Shown here: piece by piece, positions 18,938-27,555 of the stretch
Position numbering within the stretch: the stretch's first letter is position 1
Layout of the letters: the number at the start of each line of letters is the position of its first letter
Origin: a virus
Taxonomy: Duplodnaviria > Caudoviricetes
Length of the DNA stretch: 61,106 bases
Direction: 5' to 3' (one strand)
Virus record (IMG/VR): IMGVR_UViG_3300027969_000110
Location: 1 to 61,106 of that record
Notes under the pieces: model-generated
Seen by the model: only the letters and a program-made list of their open reading frames with translations
Database searches by the model: none
Told to the model about the DNA's origin: nothing
Position numbers and translations under genes: made by a program

Positions 18938-19164
18938 CCAACGATCTTGTGAAGCGGCTGCGCTATGAAGTTATTTTGGAACGATTTGAAGGCGGGCATG
19001 TCAGTCAAATGCGGAACCCCGATGGGCCGGAAGCCGCCGACCGCATCGAGAAGCTGGAGGCGGCGTTGCGGGCAATCATCGTGCATTGTGAGGTGCCAGC
19101 ACCACCAAACGCTGAAGCATTAAAAATGTTTGCCCGCAAAGCACTGGAGGGGAAAAATGACTGA
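18934..19164 (+). CDS. Hypothetical phage protein
   Basis: DLVKRLR...EAADRIEKLEAAL motif. Confidence 0.55.
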   Translation: MTNDLVKRLRYEVILERFEGGHVSQMRNPDGPEAADRIEKLEAALRAIIVHCEVPAPPNAEALKMFARKALEGKND

Positions 19165-19397
19165 ATCATTAGAGGCTGTATTCGCCTGTGCCATCGTTGT
19201 GATGGCAATCGCAACCGCCATCGCTGTGGCACAAGAAATCGTGTGGGGGACAAATGACTGACTACATGCAAACGCTAATTAACATATGCTTCACAATGGT
19301 TACGGGCGTTGTCATTGTCGCCAGTGTCAGCGCCATCCTGTTTATGGGATTGTTGCTTAAGACAATGATCTCAGACTATCTGGAGTAGGACGCGCCA

Positions 19398-19922
19398 ATG
19401 GGTAAGCGATCAGACTTTGACAGGAAGAAGCTAGATTTCTATCCCACCCCCCCAGAGGCTGTAACGCCTCTACTGGATTGCTTGTGGCCGCGAACGCAGT
19501 TCTGCGAACCCTGTGCTGGTGCTGGCGATCTGGCGCGTCACTTGGAGGCTCATGGTCACAAATGCACTTCTGCGTTCGATGTGGCACCACAGTCGGATGA
19601 CGTTTGGCAGCATGACGCCTCTTTTATCTGTAGGGATGATCTGAGGGGAGCCAAAACGATCATCACCAATCCGCCATGGGACAGGAAGCCGCTTCACCAG
19701 ATCATCGAGCGGTGTTCCATCTTGGCACCGACTTGGTTACTGTTTGACAGTGACTGGATGTTTACGCGCCAAGCAGCGCCCTACCTCAAGTTCTGCGACT
19801 ACATCGTAGCAGTTGGCAGGGTGAAATGGATACCAGACAGCCCAAACACTGGCATGGACAACTGCTGTTGGTATCGGTTCCGGGCAGACAAAGTTGAGAA
19901 CACGTCGTTCGTGGGCCGATGA
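19398..19922 (+). CDS. Small DNA amino-methyltransferase
   Basis: DFYPTP, EPCAGAG (motif I), ITNPPW (motif IV). Confidence 0.8.
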   Translation: MGKRSDFDRKKLDFYPTPPEAVTPLLDCLWPRTQFCEPCAGAGDLARHLEAHGHKCTSAFDVAPQSDDVWQHDASFICRDDLRGAKTIITNPPWDRKPLHQIIERCSILAPTWLLFDSDWMFTRQAAPYLKFCDYIVAVGRVKWIPDSPNTGMDNCCWYRFRADKVENTSFVGR

Positions 19923-20149
19923 AGATAGGCATAGACGAGCAAGTGGCGGCTCTGGAAGACGCCGTAAACAATCATCGCAGTTGGGTCAGTACTGTCAAAC
20001 GGTACGTCAACAAAGGGGAGCGCCCAGCAGAAATCTTGGCAGAAACAGAAGCACGGCTTCCAAAGATGGAGGCTGCGTTAAATACGCTTAAATGGGTTCA
20101 GAAAAATAAGGAAGCAATCATAAATGCAAAAAAATCGCTTGAAAAATGA
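19919..20149 (+). CDS. Hypothetical protein
   Basis: 76 aa helical, coupled start. Confidence 0.5.
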   Translation: MKIGIDEQVAALEDAVNNHRSWVSTVKRYVNKGERPAEILAETEARLPKMEAALNTLKWVQKNKEAIINAKKSLEK

Positions 20150-20191
20150 CAGAAGGTCAGAAATAAATGGCCTTTGGTCTCAAATGGGAGT

Positions 20192-20386
20192 ATGAAAATG
20201 GGTGTGAAGTACAAGAAAGCGGACAAAGAAAAGCTCGCAGAGGTAATTAATTCCCTGAATATGCAGAAGGTGGACATAGCCGAGTTTCTGGGGGTGTCAG
20301 AGCGAACGATCTATCGGTGGCTAAGTGGGGACAGGTCGTTCCCGCGCATGGTGTTCATCGCGCTTGAGTCGCTACAGAAACAGTAG
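20192..20386 (+). CDS. XRE-like HTH protein
   Basis: QKVDIAEFLGVSERTIYRWLSG. Confidence 0.75.
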   Translation: MKMGVKYKKADKEKLAEVINSLNMQKVDIAEFLGVSERTIYRWLSGDRSFPRMVFIALESLQKQ

Positions 20387-20397
20387 TATGAAAAGAC

Positions 20398-20431
20398 AGA
20401 GACCCGCTGGGGGCGAATCCAGCGGGTCTCT
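20398..20431. terminator. Stem-loop (putative terminator)
   Basis: AGAGACCCGCTGG-N8-CCAGCGGGTCTCT, perfect 13-bp stem. Confidence 0.6.
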
Positions 20432-20556
20432 TAAACTAACCATGCAGGGTGCGGCATGGCATATCTCCAAACTGTATAGGGCAGTAGGAGACGATTAAGG
20501 CTAATAGTCTTTTTCCGTCTTTTTAGCAACCCTATACGCCACATATAGGGTGTACT

Positions 20557-20823
20557 ATGTCATTTCAGGCTATGGCTTGGGCGATCAAACAGATTGCCCC
20601 CACAAAGGCGAAGTTCACGCTTCTGGTTCTTGCCAACTATGCTGACGACGCCAACAAAGCTTGGCCGTCGCTGGCAACCCTGTCTCGCGACACCGGGATC
20701 AAGCGATCAACTCTCATCGAGAACCTTAACAAGCTAGTTGAGCTTGGCCTTATCACAAAGGTGAAAAGGTATCGTGGGGGGCACCGCACAAGCAACGCTT
20801 ATGTTCTAAATGCCCCCTCATAG
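20557..20823 (+). CDS. HTH_36-type replication initiator N-terminal domain (short)
   Basis: MSFQAMAWA...AKFTLLVLANYADD..AWPSLATLSRDTG...SNAY. Confidence 0.75.
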   Translation: MSFQAMAWAIKQIAPTKAKFTLLVLANYADDANKAWPSLATLSRDTGIKRSTLIENLNKLVELGLITKVKRYRGGHRTSNAYVLNAPS

Positions 20824-20826
20824 CAT

Positions 20827-20960
20827 GGTCCAGAACTTGGACTTACATAGGTCCAGAATCTGGACTGTAACCTATCAGACATTAACCTATTACCTAATAT
20901 CTCCTAATACGAGCCAGTAGAAGGAGATAATAGGTATATAGGAGATAATACGCGAAACAG
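20827..20960. promoter_or_regulatory. Putative replication origin: two palindromic iterons plus AT-rich tract
   Basis: GGTCCAGAACTTGGAC (20827-20842) and GGTCCAGAATCTGGAC (20850-20865), then AT-rich DNA, between initiator and helicase. Confidence 0.5.
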
Positions 20961-20970
20961 GAGCTTGACA

Positions 20971-22455
20971 ATGAAACTTAGGGACTATCAAGAAACAGCT
21001 ATTGAACGGCTGAAACAAGCTCTGCTAGAAGGAGCCAGAAGGCCGGTGGTCCAAGCTCCCACGGGAGCCGGTAAGACGGTCATCGCTGCCGCCATCGTCA
21101 ACATGGCGCGTCAGAAAGAAAAGCGGGTTTTGTTCTGCGTACCCGCGCTTTCTCTCATAGACCAGACGGTAGAGCGGTTCAGGGCGAACGCCATCTTCGA
21201 CATTGGCGTGATGCAGGGCCAGCACGAGATGACAGACTGGACGCAGCCTGTTCAGGTCTGTTCCATCCAAACACTGGCGCGTCGAACCATCCCGCAGGCT
21301 GATCTTGTCATCATTGACGAATGCCATGTCATGTTCAAGCTATACGACGACTGGATGAATCGCCCTGAGTGGAAGGGCGTCCCGTTCGTAGGTTTGACAG
21401 CAACCCCATGGGCAAAGGGGATGGGGGCGTCTGGTCGGTGGGACAAGCTCATTATTGGGACGACGACTGAGGAACTGATCGAGCGCAAGCACCTGTCGGA
21501 CTTCAAGTGCTATGCCCCGGCGCATCCTGATCTGTCTGGCGTCAAGACGAAGCTGGGCGATTACGAAATCAAAGGGCTTGGCGAAGCGATGGATAAGGGC
21601 CATCTGGTCGCTGACATCGTGTCAACTTGGCTGGAGCGGGGCGAAGGCCGGTCAACCATCTGTTTTGCGGTGAACAGGATACATGCCAAGCACATCGAGA
21701 CACAGTTCAAAGACGCTGGGGTTTCGGTCGAGTATATGGACGCCTACACCGATCTGGGGGATCGCGCCGCTATCGTGGAGCGGTTCGCTACAGGCGAGAC
21801 GAAGATCATCTGCAATGTGGGTGTTCTGACAACCGGGTTTGACGCAGACGTTCGGTGCATCATTCTGGCGCGTCCTACCAAATCAGAAATCCTGTACACG
21901 CAAATGATTGGCAGGGGCTTGAGAACGGCTGACGGTAAGGATCACTGCCTGATCTTGGATCATAGTGACACTACGCTTAGGCTTGGCTTTGTCACGGACA
22001 TCCATAAATTTGAGCTTCACGATGGCTCTGCCAATAAGGCGACAGTCGAGAGGAAAGCGCCTCTGCCCAAAGAGTGCGGGCAATGCCACTTCCTCAAGCC
22101 ACCCAAAGCCGTGAAGTGTCCAGCCTGTGGGTTCCAAGCTGCCCCCCAGAATAAGGTTGAGTCCGCGAATGGCGAGCTTTACGAGATTGGCCGGGGCGGT
22201 GTTGTCAAAACATCTGCGCCGTCACAGGCCGAGCTACAGCGATGGTACAGCGAGCTTATCCGATATGCCGATCTGAGGGGCTACAAAACTGGATGGGCGG
22301 CCCACGCATTCAAAGACAAGTTTGGCAGGTTTCCAGAAGGCGCATTGCATCCGTGGCCGTCACAGATGGTTTCGATGGATGTTGATGGATGGATCAGGCA
22401 CCGGAATATCAGACGCGCCAAAGCTGGCAACACATTTAGCAGGAGGAAAGCATGA
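20971..22455 (+). CDS. Superfamily 2 DEAH helicase with C-terminal zinc ribbon
   Basis: LRDYQ, APTGAGKT, IIDECH, GLTATP, QMIGRGLR, CxxC...CxxC. Confidence 0.9.
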   Translation: MKLRDYQETAIERLKQALLEGARRPVVQAPTGAGKTVIAAAIVNMARQKEKRVLFCVPALSLIDQTVERFRANAIFDIGVMQGQHEMTDWTQPVQVCSIQTLARRTIPQADLVIIDECHVMFKLYDDWMNRPEWKGVPFVGLTATPWAKGMGASGRWDKLIIGTTTEELIERKHLSDFKCYAPAHPDLSGVKTKLGDYEIKGLGEAMDKGHLVADIVSTWLERGEGRSTICFAVNRIHAKHIETQFKDAGVSVEYMDAYTDLGDRAAIVERFATGETKIICNVGVLTTGFDADVRCIILARPTKSEILYTQMIGRGLRTADGKDHCLILDHSDTTLRLGFVTDIHKFELHDGSANKATVERKAPLPKECGQCHFLKPPKAVKCPACGFQAAPQNKVESANGELYEIGRGGVVKTSAPSQAELQRWYSELIRYADLRGYKTGWAAHAFKDKFGRFPEGALHPWPSQMVSMDVDGWIRHRNIRRAKAGNTFSRRKA

Positions 22456-22718
22456 CTGAGCCAGCAAAATGCCACTGCGGTTCTGCCAGTTGGGAGCGCA
22501 AGATCGAAGAGAGCCGCTATATCTGCGCCAGTTGCAAGCGCCCGTTGTGGCAACCGATAGAGACTGCGCCAAAGGACGATACTGAGGTGCTGGTGCTTGT
22601 TGAGGATGGGGGCATTCTCATCGGGTGCTTTGCGGGCGGAATGTGGTGGATTGAGCAAACATTTTATCAAAAACGCGAACCTACGCATTGGATGCCAATA
22701 CCGGAGCCGCCCAAATGA
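22452..22718 (+). CDS. DUF551-like protein
   Basis: WQPIETAPKD...PTHWMPIPEPP. Confidence 0.75.
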   Translation: MTEPAKCHCGSASWERKIEESRYICASCKRPLWQPIETAPKDDTEVLVLVEDGGILIGCFAGGMWWIEQTFYQKREPTHWMPIPEPPK

Positions 22719-23662
22719 GCCACATTGGAACAGTAGCGAAAGGGAATTGGCGTCACCTTCTTACCAGCTTGGGGGTTGATAGCCGGTTTCTGGTCAACAA
22801 GCACGGCCCCTGCCCGATCTGTGAGGGGAAGGACCGATTCCGGTGGGACAACCAGAACGATGGCGGCGGGTTCATTTGCTCCCAATGCGGGGGCGGCGAC
22901 GGGTTCGATCTGGCGCGTCGAGTAACCGGCAAGAGCTTTCGGGAGATTGCCGACCATATCGCCACCGTTATGGGGACACCCAACGAGTTTGAGCGCAAAG
23001 GACCAGACATGGAGGAGCAGCGCCAACTGGATGCCATGCGAAGGGTTTGGGTATCATCGAAGCCAATCGCTGACATTTCGCCTGTCGCCAAATACTTACG
23101 CGCCAGATTGGGGGGCAGCCCCCCACAAGTCCAGTATCTACGAGAAGCAGATGGTGTTTTTCATTCTGGCGACAAAAACTGTCACCCCGCGATGGTTGCT
23201 AAGGTGGTTGGGTGGAACGATGTCGCTGTCAATCTTCACATGACATATTTGACGCGAGACGGGAGGAAGGCTGATCTTAGCCCGGCCAAGAAGGTTATGC
23301 CGGGCAAGTTACCGGAAGGTTGTGCCATCCGGCTTATGCCAGCAGCAGAAATCATGGGGGTAGCAGAAGGGATTGAAACGGCCCTATCTGCCAGCCTTCT
23401 TCTTGGCATACCTGTCTGGGCCTGCGTTAACGGTGGATTGCTTGCCAAATGGAGACCCCCAGAGGAAGCGCATGAGATTGTAGTGTTTGGTGACAATGAC
23501 ACCAATTACACCGGGCAAGCTAAAGCTTATGAATTAGCTAACCGGCTAGAAGTCCAGTTCAAGCGCAGGACGAAGGTTATGATCCCGCAAATTGCAGGAA
23601 CAGACTGGAATGATTTCTATCTGGCCGATAAATCAGCAGCGGAGGCCCGTGGCAGCCTTTAA
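22715..23662 (+). CDS. Primase (zinc ribbon plus TOPRIM)
   Basis: KHGPCPICEGKDRFR...CSQCG; VAEGIETALS; FGDND; DWND. Confidence 0.85.
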   Translation: MSHIGTVAKGNWRHLLTSLGVDSRFLVNKHGPCPICEGKDRFRWDNQNDGGGFICSQCGGGDGFDLARRVTGKSFREIADHIATVMGTPNEFERKGPDMEEQRQLDAMRRVWVSSKPIADISPVAKYLRARLGGSPPQVQYLREADGVFHSGDKNCHPAMVAKVVGWNDVAVNLHMTYLTRDGRKADLSPAKKVMPGKLPEGCAIRLMPAAEIMGVAEGIETALSASLLLGIPVWACVNGGLLAKWRPPEEAHEIVVFGDNDTNYTGQAKAYELANRLEVQFKRRTKVMIPQIAGTDWNDFYLADKSAAEARGSL

Positions 23663-23721
23663 TGCCAATAGGTAGACATGGGTAGCTAAATGCGTTATCA
23701 TACGCAGCATTGGGGCTTAAA

Positions 23722-23910
23722 ATGGCAAAAGAAAAACCGACCTTTCTGTGTAAATCTTGCGGGGAAGAACGCGCCCTGCAAAGGAAATGGCAGAGGTACT
23801 GTTGCGTCTATTGCCGATTGAAGGCTCACCGCAAGCGAGAGGCTGCTTTCGCTAAGATTGGCAGGGGTGTGGCAAATGACGATCCACAAGAGGCGGACGT
23901 TTGTAATTGA
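23722..23910 (+). CDS. Small zinc-finger protein
   Basis: CKSC...QRYCCVYCR. Confidence 0.5.
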   Translation: MAKEKPTFLCKSCGEERALQRKWQRYCCVYCRLKAHRKREAAFAKIGRGVANDDPQEADVCN

Positions 23911-24289
23911 TGACTGTAGCTATGACACGATTGGCCGCATTGGCGATCCGTGTGTCTATTGCGGTCAAGAATCCACTGGGCATGACCATATACCGCCATT
24001 GGTGCATGTTAACTCTTTGGACGAAAAAGCAAGAAACATGCTTAACCTTCGCAAGTACCCCGCTTGTATCGAGTGCAACAGCATACTTGGCAAAACATTG
24101 CTGGCTTCAGTGCCAGAGCGCCGCAAATATGTTTTGGGCAAACTGCGTAGCAAATACGCAAGCTGTTTGCGTATGCCAACATGGGATGAGGAAGAGCTTG
24201 ATGAGCTTGGCAGAAACCTGCAAGACGACGTTCGTGCCAAATCATCGTTTGGCAATCATTTGCGCCAGCGATTGGCTTATTACAAATAA
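23876..24289 (+). CDS. HNH endonuclease
   Basis: CVYCG.....DHIPP...PACIECN. Confidence 0.75.
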   Translation: MTIHKRRTFVIDDCSYDTIGRIGDPCVYCGQESTGHDHIPPLVHVNSLDEKARNMLNLRKYPACIECNSILGKTLLASVPERRKYVLGKLRSKYASCLRMPTWDEEELDELGRNLQDDVRAKSSFGNHLRQRLAYYK

Positions 24290-24312
24290 AAAAGGGGGCC
24301 TAAGCCCCCAGT
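24288..24312. terminator. Terminator between convergent operons
   Basis: A-tract plus GGGGGC-CTAA-GCCCCC stem. Confidence 0.65.
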
Positions 24313-24539
24313 TTCTCCTTTTCCTTCTGTAGCTCATGTTCGTGTAGGAAGACTTCCATAAATTCTATCATGGCCCTGACATCATCGACTTCCATTGCTA
24401 CGCTGATGACGCAAAATTCACCCTTCGCATCTGGCTTGAAGTTTCGCACTACAAAGTGGGTGCATCCGTCCGTGTCAAATTCGAGCGATGTATTTGATCT
24501 GCCGTTTTTCTCTGTGATTTCTAAGCTATAAGCTCGCAT
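24300..24539 (-). CDS. Hypothetical early protein
   Basis: ORF in coupled - strand early operon. Confidence 0.5.
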   Translation of the reverse strand: MRAYSLEITEKNGRSNTSLEFDTDGCTHFVVRNFKPDAKGEFCVISVAMEVDDVRAMIEFMEVFLHEHELQKEKEKLGA

Positions 24540-24540
24540 G

Positions 24541-24807
24541 TCATTCCCCTCTGGCTCGTTTGACAACGGTTATTGCATCGTAGATCGCGTCCTCTAAGGC
24601 TGCGCCATCGCCAGCACTATCGGCGTAAATGATGGCTTCCAATGCGTCCAGAAGGCCGGGCGCATGTAGCAGCAAACTCAGATTGTCTTTGCTGCGGTGT
24701 GACATAACCCGGCAAATGGCTTTGTCGCTGTCGCCGCTCTTGATGTAGATCGAGTTTCCGACCCATTCAACGCGCCACGGGGCGGAACTATGTGGGAGAA
24801 TTGCCAT
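24541..24807 (-). CDS. Hypothetical early phage protein
   Basis: HSSAPW...NLSLLLHAPGLLDALE resembles the common HTPGPW/APELLEAL phage family. Confidence 0.6.
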   Translation of the reverse strand: MAILPHSSAPWRVEWVGNSIYIKSGDSDKAICRVMSHRSKDNLSLLLHAPGLLDALEAIIYADSAGDGAALEDAIYDAITVVKRARGE

Positions 24808-25028
24808 CACATCACCATAAGCTTGACAAAGATTGCCAGAATGACGGCCAACAACAGACCGGCGCCAAAACCCCACTTGAGTCCCTCAAGCAAAGATTGT
24901 TTTACCGCCCAAGTGTGAAACTCTAATGCCAACGTCTGGTTGATATAAACCTGACCCGTTTCCGTAGATAGCCTGTTCTTGACAATGTGCATCCATTGAG
25001 CGGGATGATCTATAAGCGTCTTTTCCAT
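24807..25028 (-). CDS. Small membrane protein
   Basis: C-terminal TM helix (WGFGAGLLLAVILAIFV); AAAGGA RBS. Confidence 0.55.
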   Translation of the reverse strand: MEKTLIDHPAQWMHIVKNRLSTETGQVYINQTLALEFHTWAVKQSLLEGLKWGFGAGLLLAVILAIFVKLMVM

Positions 25029-25109
25029 GGGGTGTCCTTTTTTGTATCTGTTGGGTGCGCTGCGGAAACCGTGACACGGCTTGGCTGGCGCGTATGGGGG
25101 TGACACGCA

Positions 25110-25415
25110 TTATGCGTACTCTTCCATGATGAACTCTCTGGCACTGTCAACGCCGTAGGTATGCTTGAAAGCACCGTGAACCGATACGGCCCGGTACTTA
25201 TGACCATTCTTGCTATGAACTGTAATAGGAGTGATCCAGCCGACCGTCTCTCCCCTATATACGATGGTATAGCACCCATCTTTGTCTTTGGCTGTCTGGA
25301 CAGGGTTACGCACCGTAGTGCGCCCCCATCCCAGAATGACCTCTGTATCGTCTATGAGGCCGCACATATCCGCTATGTGCTTGGGTAAATCAACCATCGA
25401 CCTTTTCTCCCTCAT
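25110..25415 (-). CDS. Hypothetical early protein
   Basis: ORF overlapping upstream gene. Confidence 0.5.
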   Translation of the reverse strand: MREKRSMVDLPKHIADMCGLIDDTEVILGWGRTTVRNPVQTAKDKDGCYTIVYRGETVGWITPITVHSKNGHKYRAVSVHGAFKHTYGVDSAREFIMEEYA

Positions 25416-25671
25416 AATCTTCTATCATATGACCGGCGATTTCGTGCCAGTTGACGCCCTGCATAAAAGCAAAAGCGTAATCCCGTGCAAGACCCGGTTC
25501 GCTGGTGCGTTCGATGATTTCATCCGCATATTCCCGCAAAGCCGCAGCCAAGCTTGACCTGTCACCTGTTTCAAACAGGTCAGAGAACATTTCGCTCATG
25601 TCCGACCCGTCAAAGATTTCCAAATTGATCCGCCAAGTGGCGTAATTGGTCCAACCGTTGTATTTTTCCAT
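25390..25671 (-). CDS. Conserved early phage protein (YNGWTNYATW family)
   Basis: MEKYNGWTNYATW...VNWHEIA; AGGAG RBS; TTGCTA-N17-TATGTT upstream. Confidence 0.7.
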   Translation of the reverse strand: MEKYNGWTNYATWRINLEIFDGSDMSEMFSDLFETGDRSSLAAALREYADEIIERTSEPGLARDYAFAFMQGVNWHEIAGHMIEDYEGEKVDG

Positions 25672-25764
25672 CTGTTTTCTCCTGTCCCGTCTTGGGCATG
25701 AATTGAACATAACCGACCATTGGACATTTAGCAAGAGGCTTTTTGAATTAAATTGATTTTTTTT

Positions 25765-26000
25765 CGACCGACCGACCGAAAGGCTAATCAAATGACCGAC
25801 GACCTAAAGATGTATATCGCGCTTGGCATATTCATGTTTCTGCCCATTGCCATTATGGGGGTGGCCTTAGCGACCGATTGGATCGACCGGAAGGTTAATC
25901 GACCGCGACCGACCGACCAGTGACCATCGACCGACCGACCAATCGACCGCGACCATCGACCGACCGACCGACCGCGACCGACCGCGCACGAAATGACCGG
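25765..26000 (+). repeat. Oriented GACC/GACCG micro-repeat array
   Basis: About 24 GACC copies in ~235 bp, all on + strand, many as tandem (GACC)n. Confidence 0.9.
25792..25923 (+). CDS. 43-aa single-pass membrane protein inside the GACC array
   Basis: GAAAGG RBS; MTDDLKMYIALGIFMFLPIAIMGVALATDWIDRKVNRPRPTDQ. Confidence 0.45.
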   Translation: MTDDLKMYIALGIFMFLPIAIMGVALATDWIDRKVNRPRPTDQ

Positions 26001-26054
26001 GGGTTTTCGTGTCAACCAGTGTTTGACATTGCCATTGCTATGGTTGTGTTGACA

Positions 26055-26208
26055 CAAGCTTGACAATAACAACATGTGCTTGGCAATAGTGGCAACATAG
26101 GCTTGGCATTAACGTAACAGCACAAGCTTGGCAATAGCAGCGCAACAGTATCACTGCAATAACAAAGCTTAGGCTTGGCAATAGCGTGGCAACGGTATCT
26201 GAGCAATA
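26055..26208 (+). repeat. Degenerate GCTTGGCAATA direct repeats
   Basis: About five copies of GCTTG(G/A)CA(A/T)TA at irregular spacing. Confidence 0.7.
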
Positions 26209-26209
26209 A

Positions 26210-26240
26210 GCAGCCCCTGCCCTCACAGGATAGGGGCTGC
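26210..26240 (-). terminator. Stem-loop ending the AAA/VWA operon
   Basis: GCAGCCCCT...AGGGGCTGC just past the 26249 stop. Confidence 0.55.
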
Positions 26241-26248
26241 CCTGTATC

Positions 26249-26566
26249 TCAGTATTCTGATGGCAGCAGCAGTGTGGTGCTGCTGCGGTCTGCCTCTGTG
26301 ATAAGCCACACAGTCCCAGCCCCATGCAGTTCATAACTGCTTACAATGCGATTCCCCATCCTGATGGCACTGTTATTTGTGGCCCAGTCTTCTGAGTCGA
26401 CGTTTCCCCAGTCGCCAAGCACATGGCGCGTAATAAGCAGCCCTGTTAAGTCTGTGTCATGTTGCAGCAGGGCCATTGCACCCGGAGTCGCCATTACATG
26501 CCCCAGAGCGAATAGGGGCTGCTTACCTATGAATCCTGCCCCTGTGCGTTTTGCTGTGTTTCCCAT
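26249..26566 (-). CDS. Small mobile-element protein of the RH..GDWG / LLPSEY family
   Basis: FALGHVMATPGA...RHVLGDWG...WLITEADRSSTTLLLPSEY. Confidence 0.75.
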   Translation of the reverse strand: MGNTAKRTGAGFIGKQPLFALGHVMATPGAMALLQHDTDLTGLLITRHVLGDWGNVDSEDWATNNSAIRMGNRIVSSYELHGAGTVWLITEADRSSTTLLLPSEY

Positions 26567-26676
26567 TGATCTGCCTTTCATGTGGTGCTGCCCCTGTATT
26601 CTGGGGCAGAGGGCCTGCTTGTGATCTGCCCTGTGATGCAGCCCCAGGTGAGGGGCTGCACTGCACGGCAGACCCA

Positions 26677-27543
26677 TCAGGCTGCTAGATGAATCAGGCT
26701 GGGGAAATTTGCATATCGGTCTGCAAGCAGTTCAAGCACTTTGGGCTGCATTGCCTTAAAGGCAGCCTCTGGACTAGCTAGTTCTGGGCTGCCGGGGCCA
26801 AACATCATTGGCCCCGGCAATAGGCAGACATCATGCTCTATATCCTGCCCATGCAGGGGCTGCTGTGCGCTGCCGTATGTGCTTTTCCAGAGTTCTGAGG
26901 GGCATCGCGCCTCAACAACTCCAAAGTGTAGGCGTCTGTTAAAGCTTGCGCTGCCCAGACAAAATGCCAAACGCTCTAAATCAAGAGGCTCACCCGCCCT
27001 CTTGATTATGGTTGTGATGGTGAGCCTATCTTTTCCGCTGCCACCATTCACAGACACATTGCAACGTATGCTTTGCAATTCTACTGAGAATCCTGTGCTT
27101 TCCAGAGCGTCAATAATTGCGACTAGTCCAGACCCATATGCAAACACCTCTTGAGGCTCAAACGCTGCTGAAAGTGCTGTGCTTGTTGCAATTCTCAGGA
27201 TGGGTCTGGCACGTTCTGAGACTGGAGTCGGGGCCATCATGCAAAAGGCATCACCTGATGCTGCTATCGCTGCATGGGGATAAGCACCCGCAACATCTAA
27301 CAGATAGGCTGGGGCTGGGCCTGTGGCAGTATTACTTGCTTGCACAGCACTGAGGGCTGCTTGCATCTTTTGCAGGCCCTCTGCCCATCCATGCAGTGCC
27401 AATGTGCAGGCATCTGCATGGGAATGGGTGCCGCAAAAAGCAAACGTGCCAGAGCGTGACTCGCGGTCTGCCCAGCGTGAATCCTCTTGTGAGGCTCTAA
27501 TTAGAGCCTCAAGAGAATCAAAGTGTATGGTCTGATGGTTCAT
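26677..27543 (-). CDS. VWA-like partner of MoxR-type ATPase
   Basis: 288 aa directly downstream of AAA; DVAGAYP, IIDALE..G..VEL, IKRAGEPLDLERLAF motifs. Confidence 0.6.
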   Translation of the reverse strand: MNHQTIHFDSLEALIRASQEDSRWADRESRSGTFAFCGTHSHADACTLALHGWAEGLQKMQAALSAVQASNTATGPAPAYLLDVAGAYPHAAIAASGDAFCMMAPTPVSERARPILRIATSTALSAAFEPQEVFAYGSGLVAIIDALESTGFSVELQSIRCNVSVNGGSGKDRLTITTIIKRAGEPLDLERLAFCLGSASFNRRLHFGVVEARCPSELWKSTYGSAQQPLHGQDIEHDVCLLPGPMMFGPGSPELASPEAAFKAMQPKVLELLADRYANFPSLIHLAA

Positions 27544-27555
27544 GTTTGGCCCCTA

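Noticed and set aside
20078-20091. Possible CtrA box TTAA-N6-TTAA
   Set aside because: Spacing is 6 rather than 7 and it lies inside a coding sequence.
20821-20850. Two in-frame TAG codons as evidence of genome-wide stop-codon reassignment
   Set aside because: Other genes end cleanly at TAG (2685, 33754, 51365) and long genes are not fragmented under the standard code.
25765-26208. Repeats as a CRISPR array
   Set aside because: No constant 23-47 bp repeat with unique spacers, and no cas genes.
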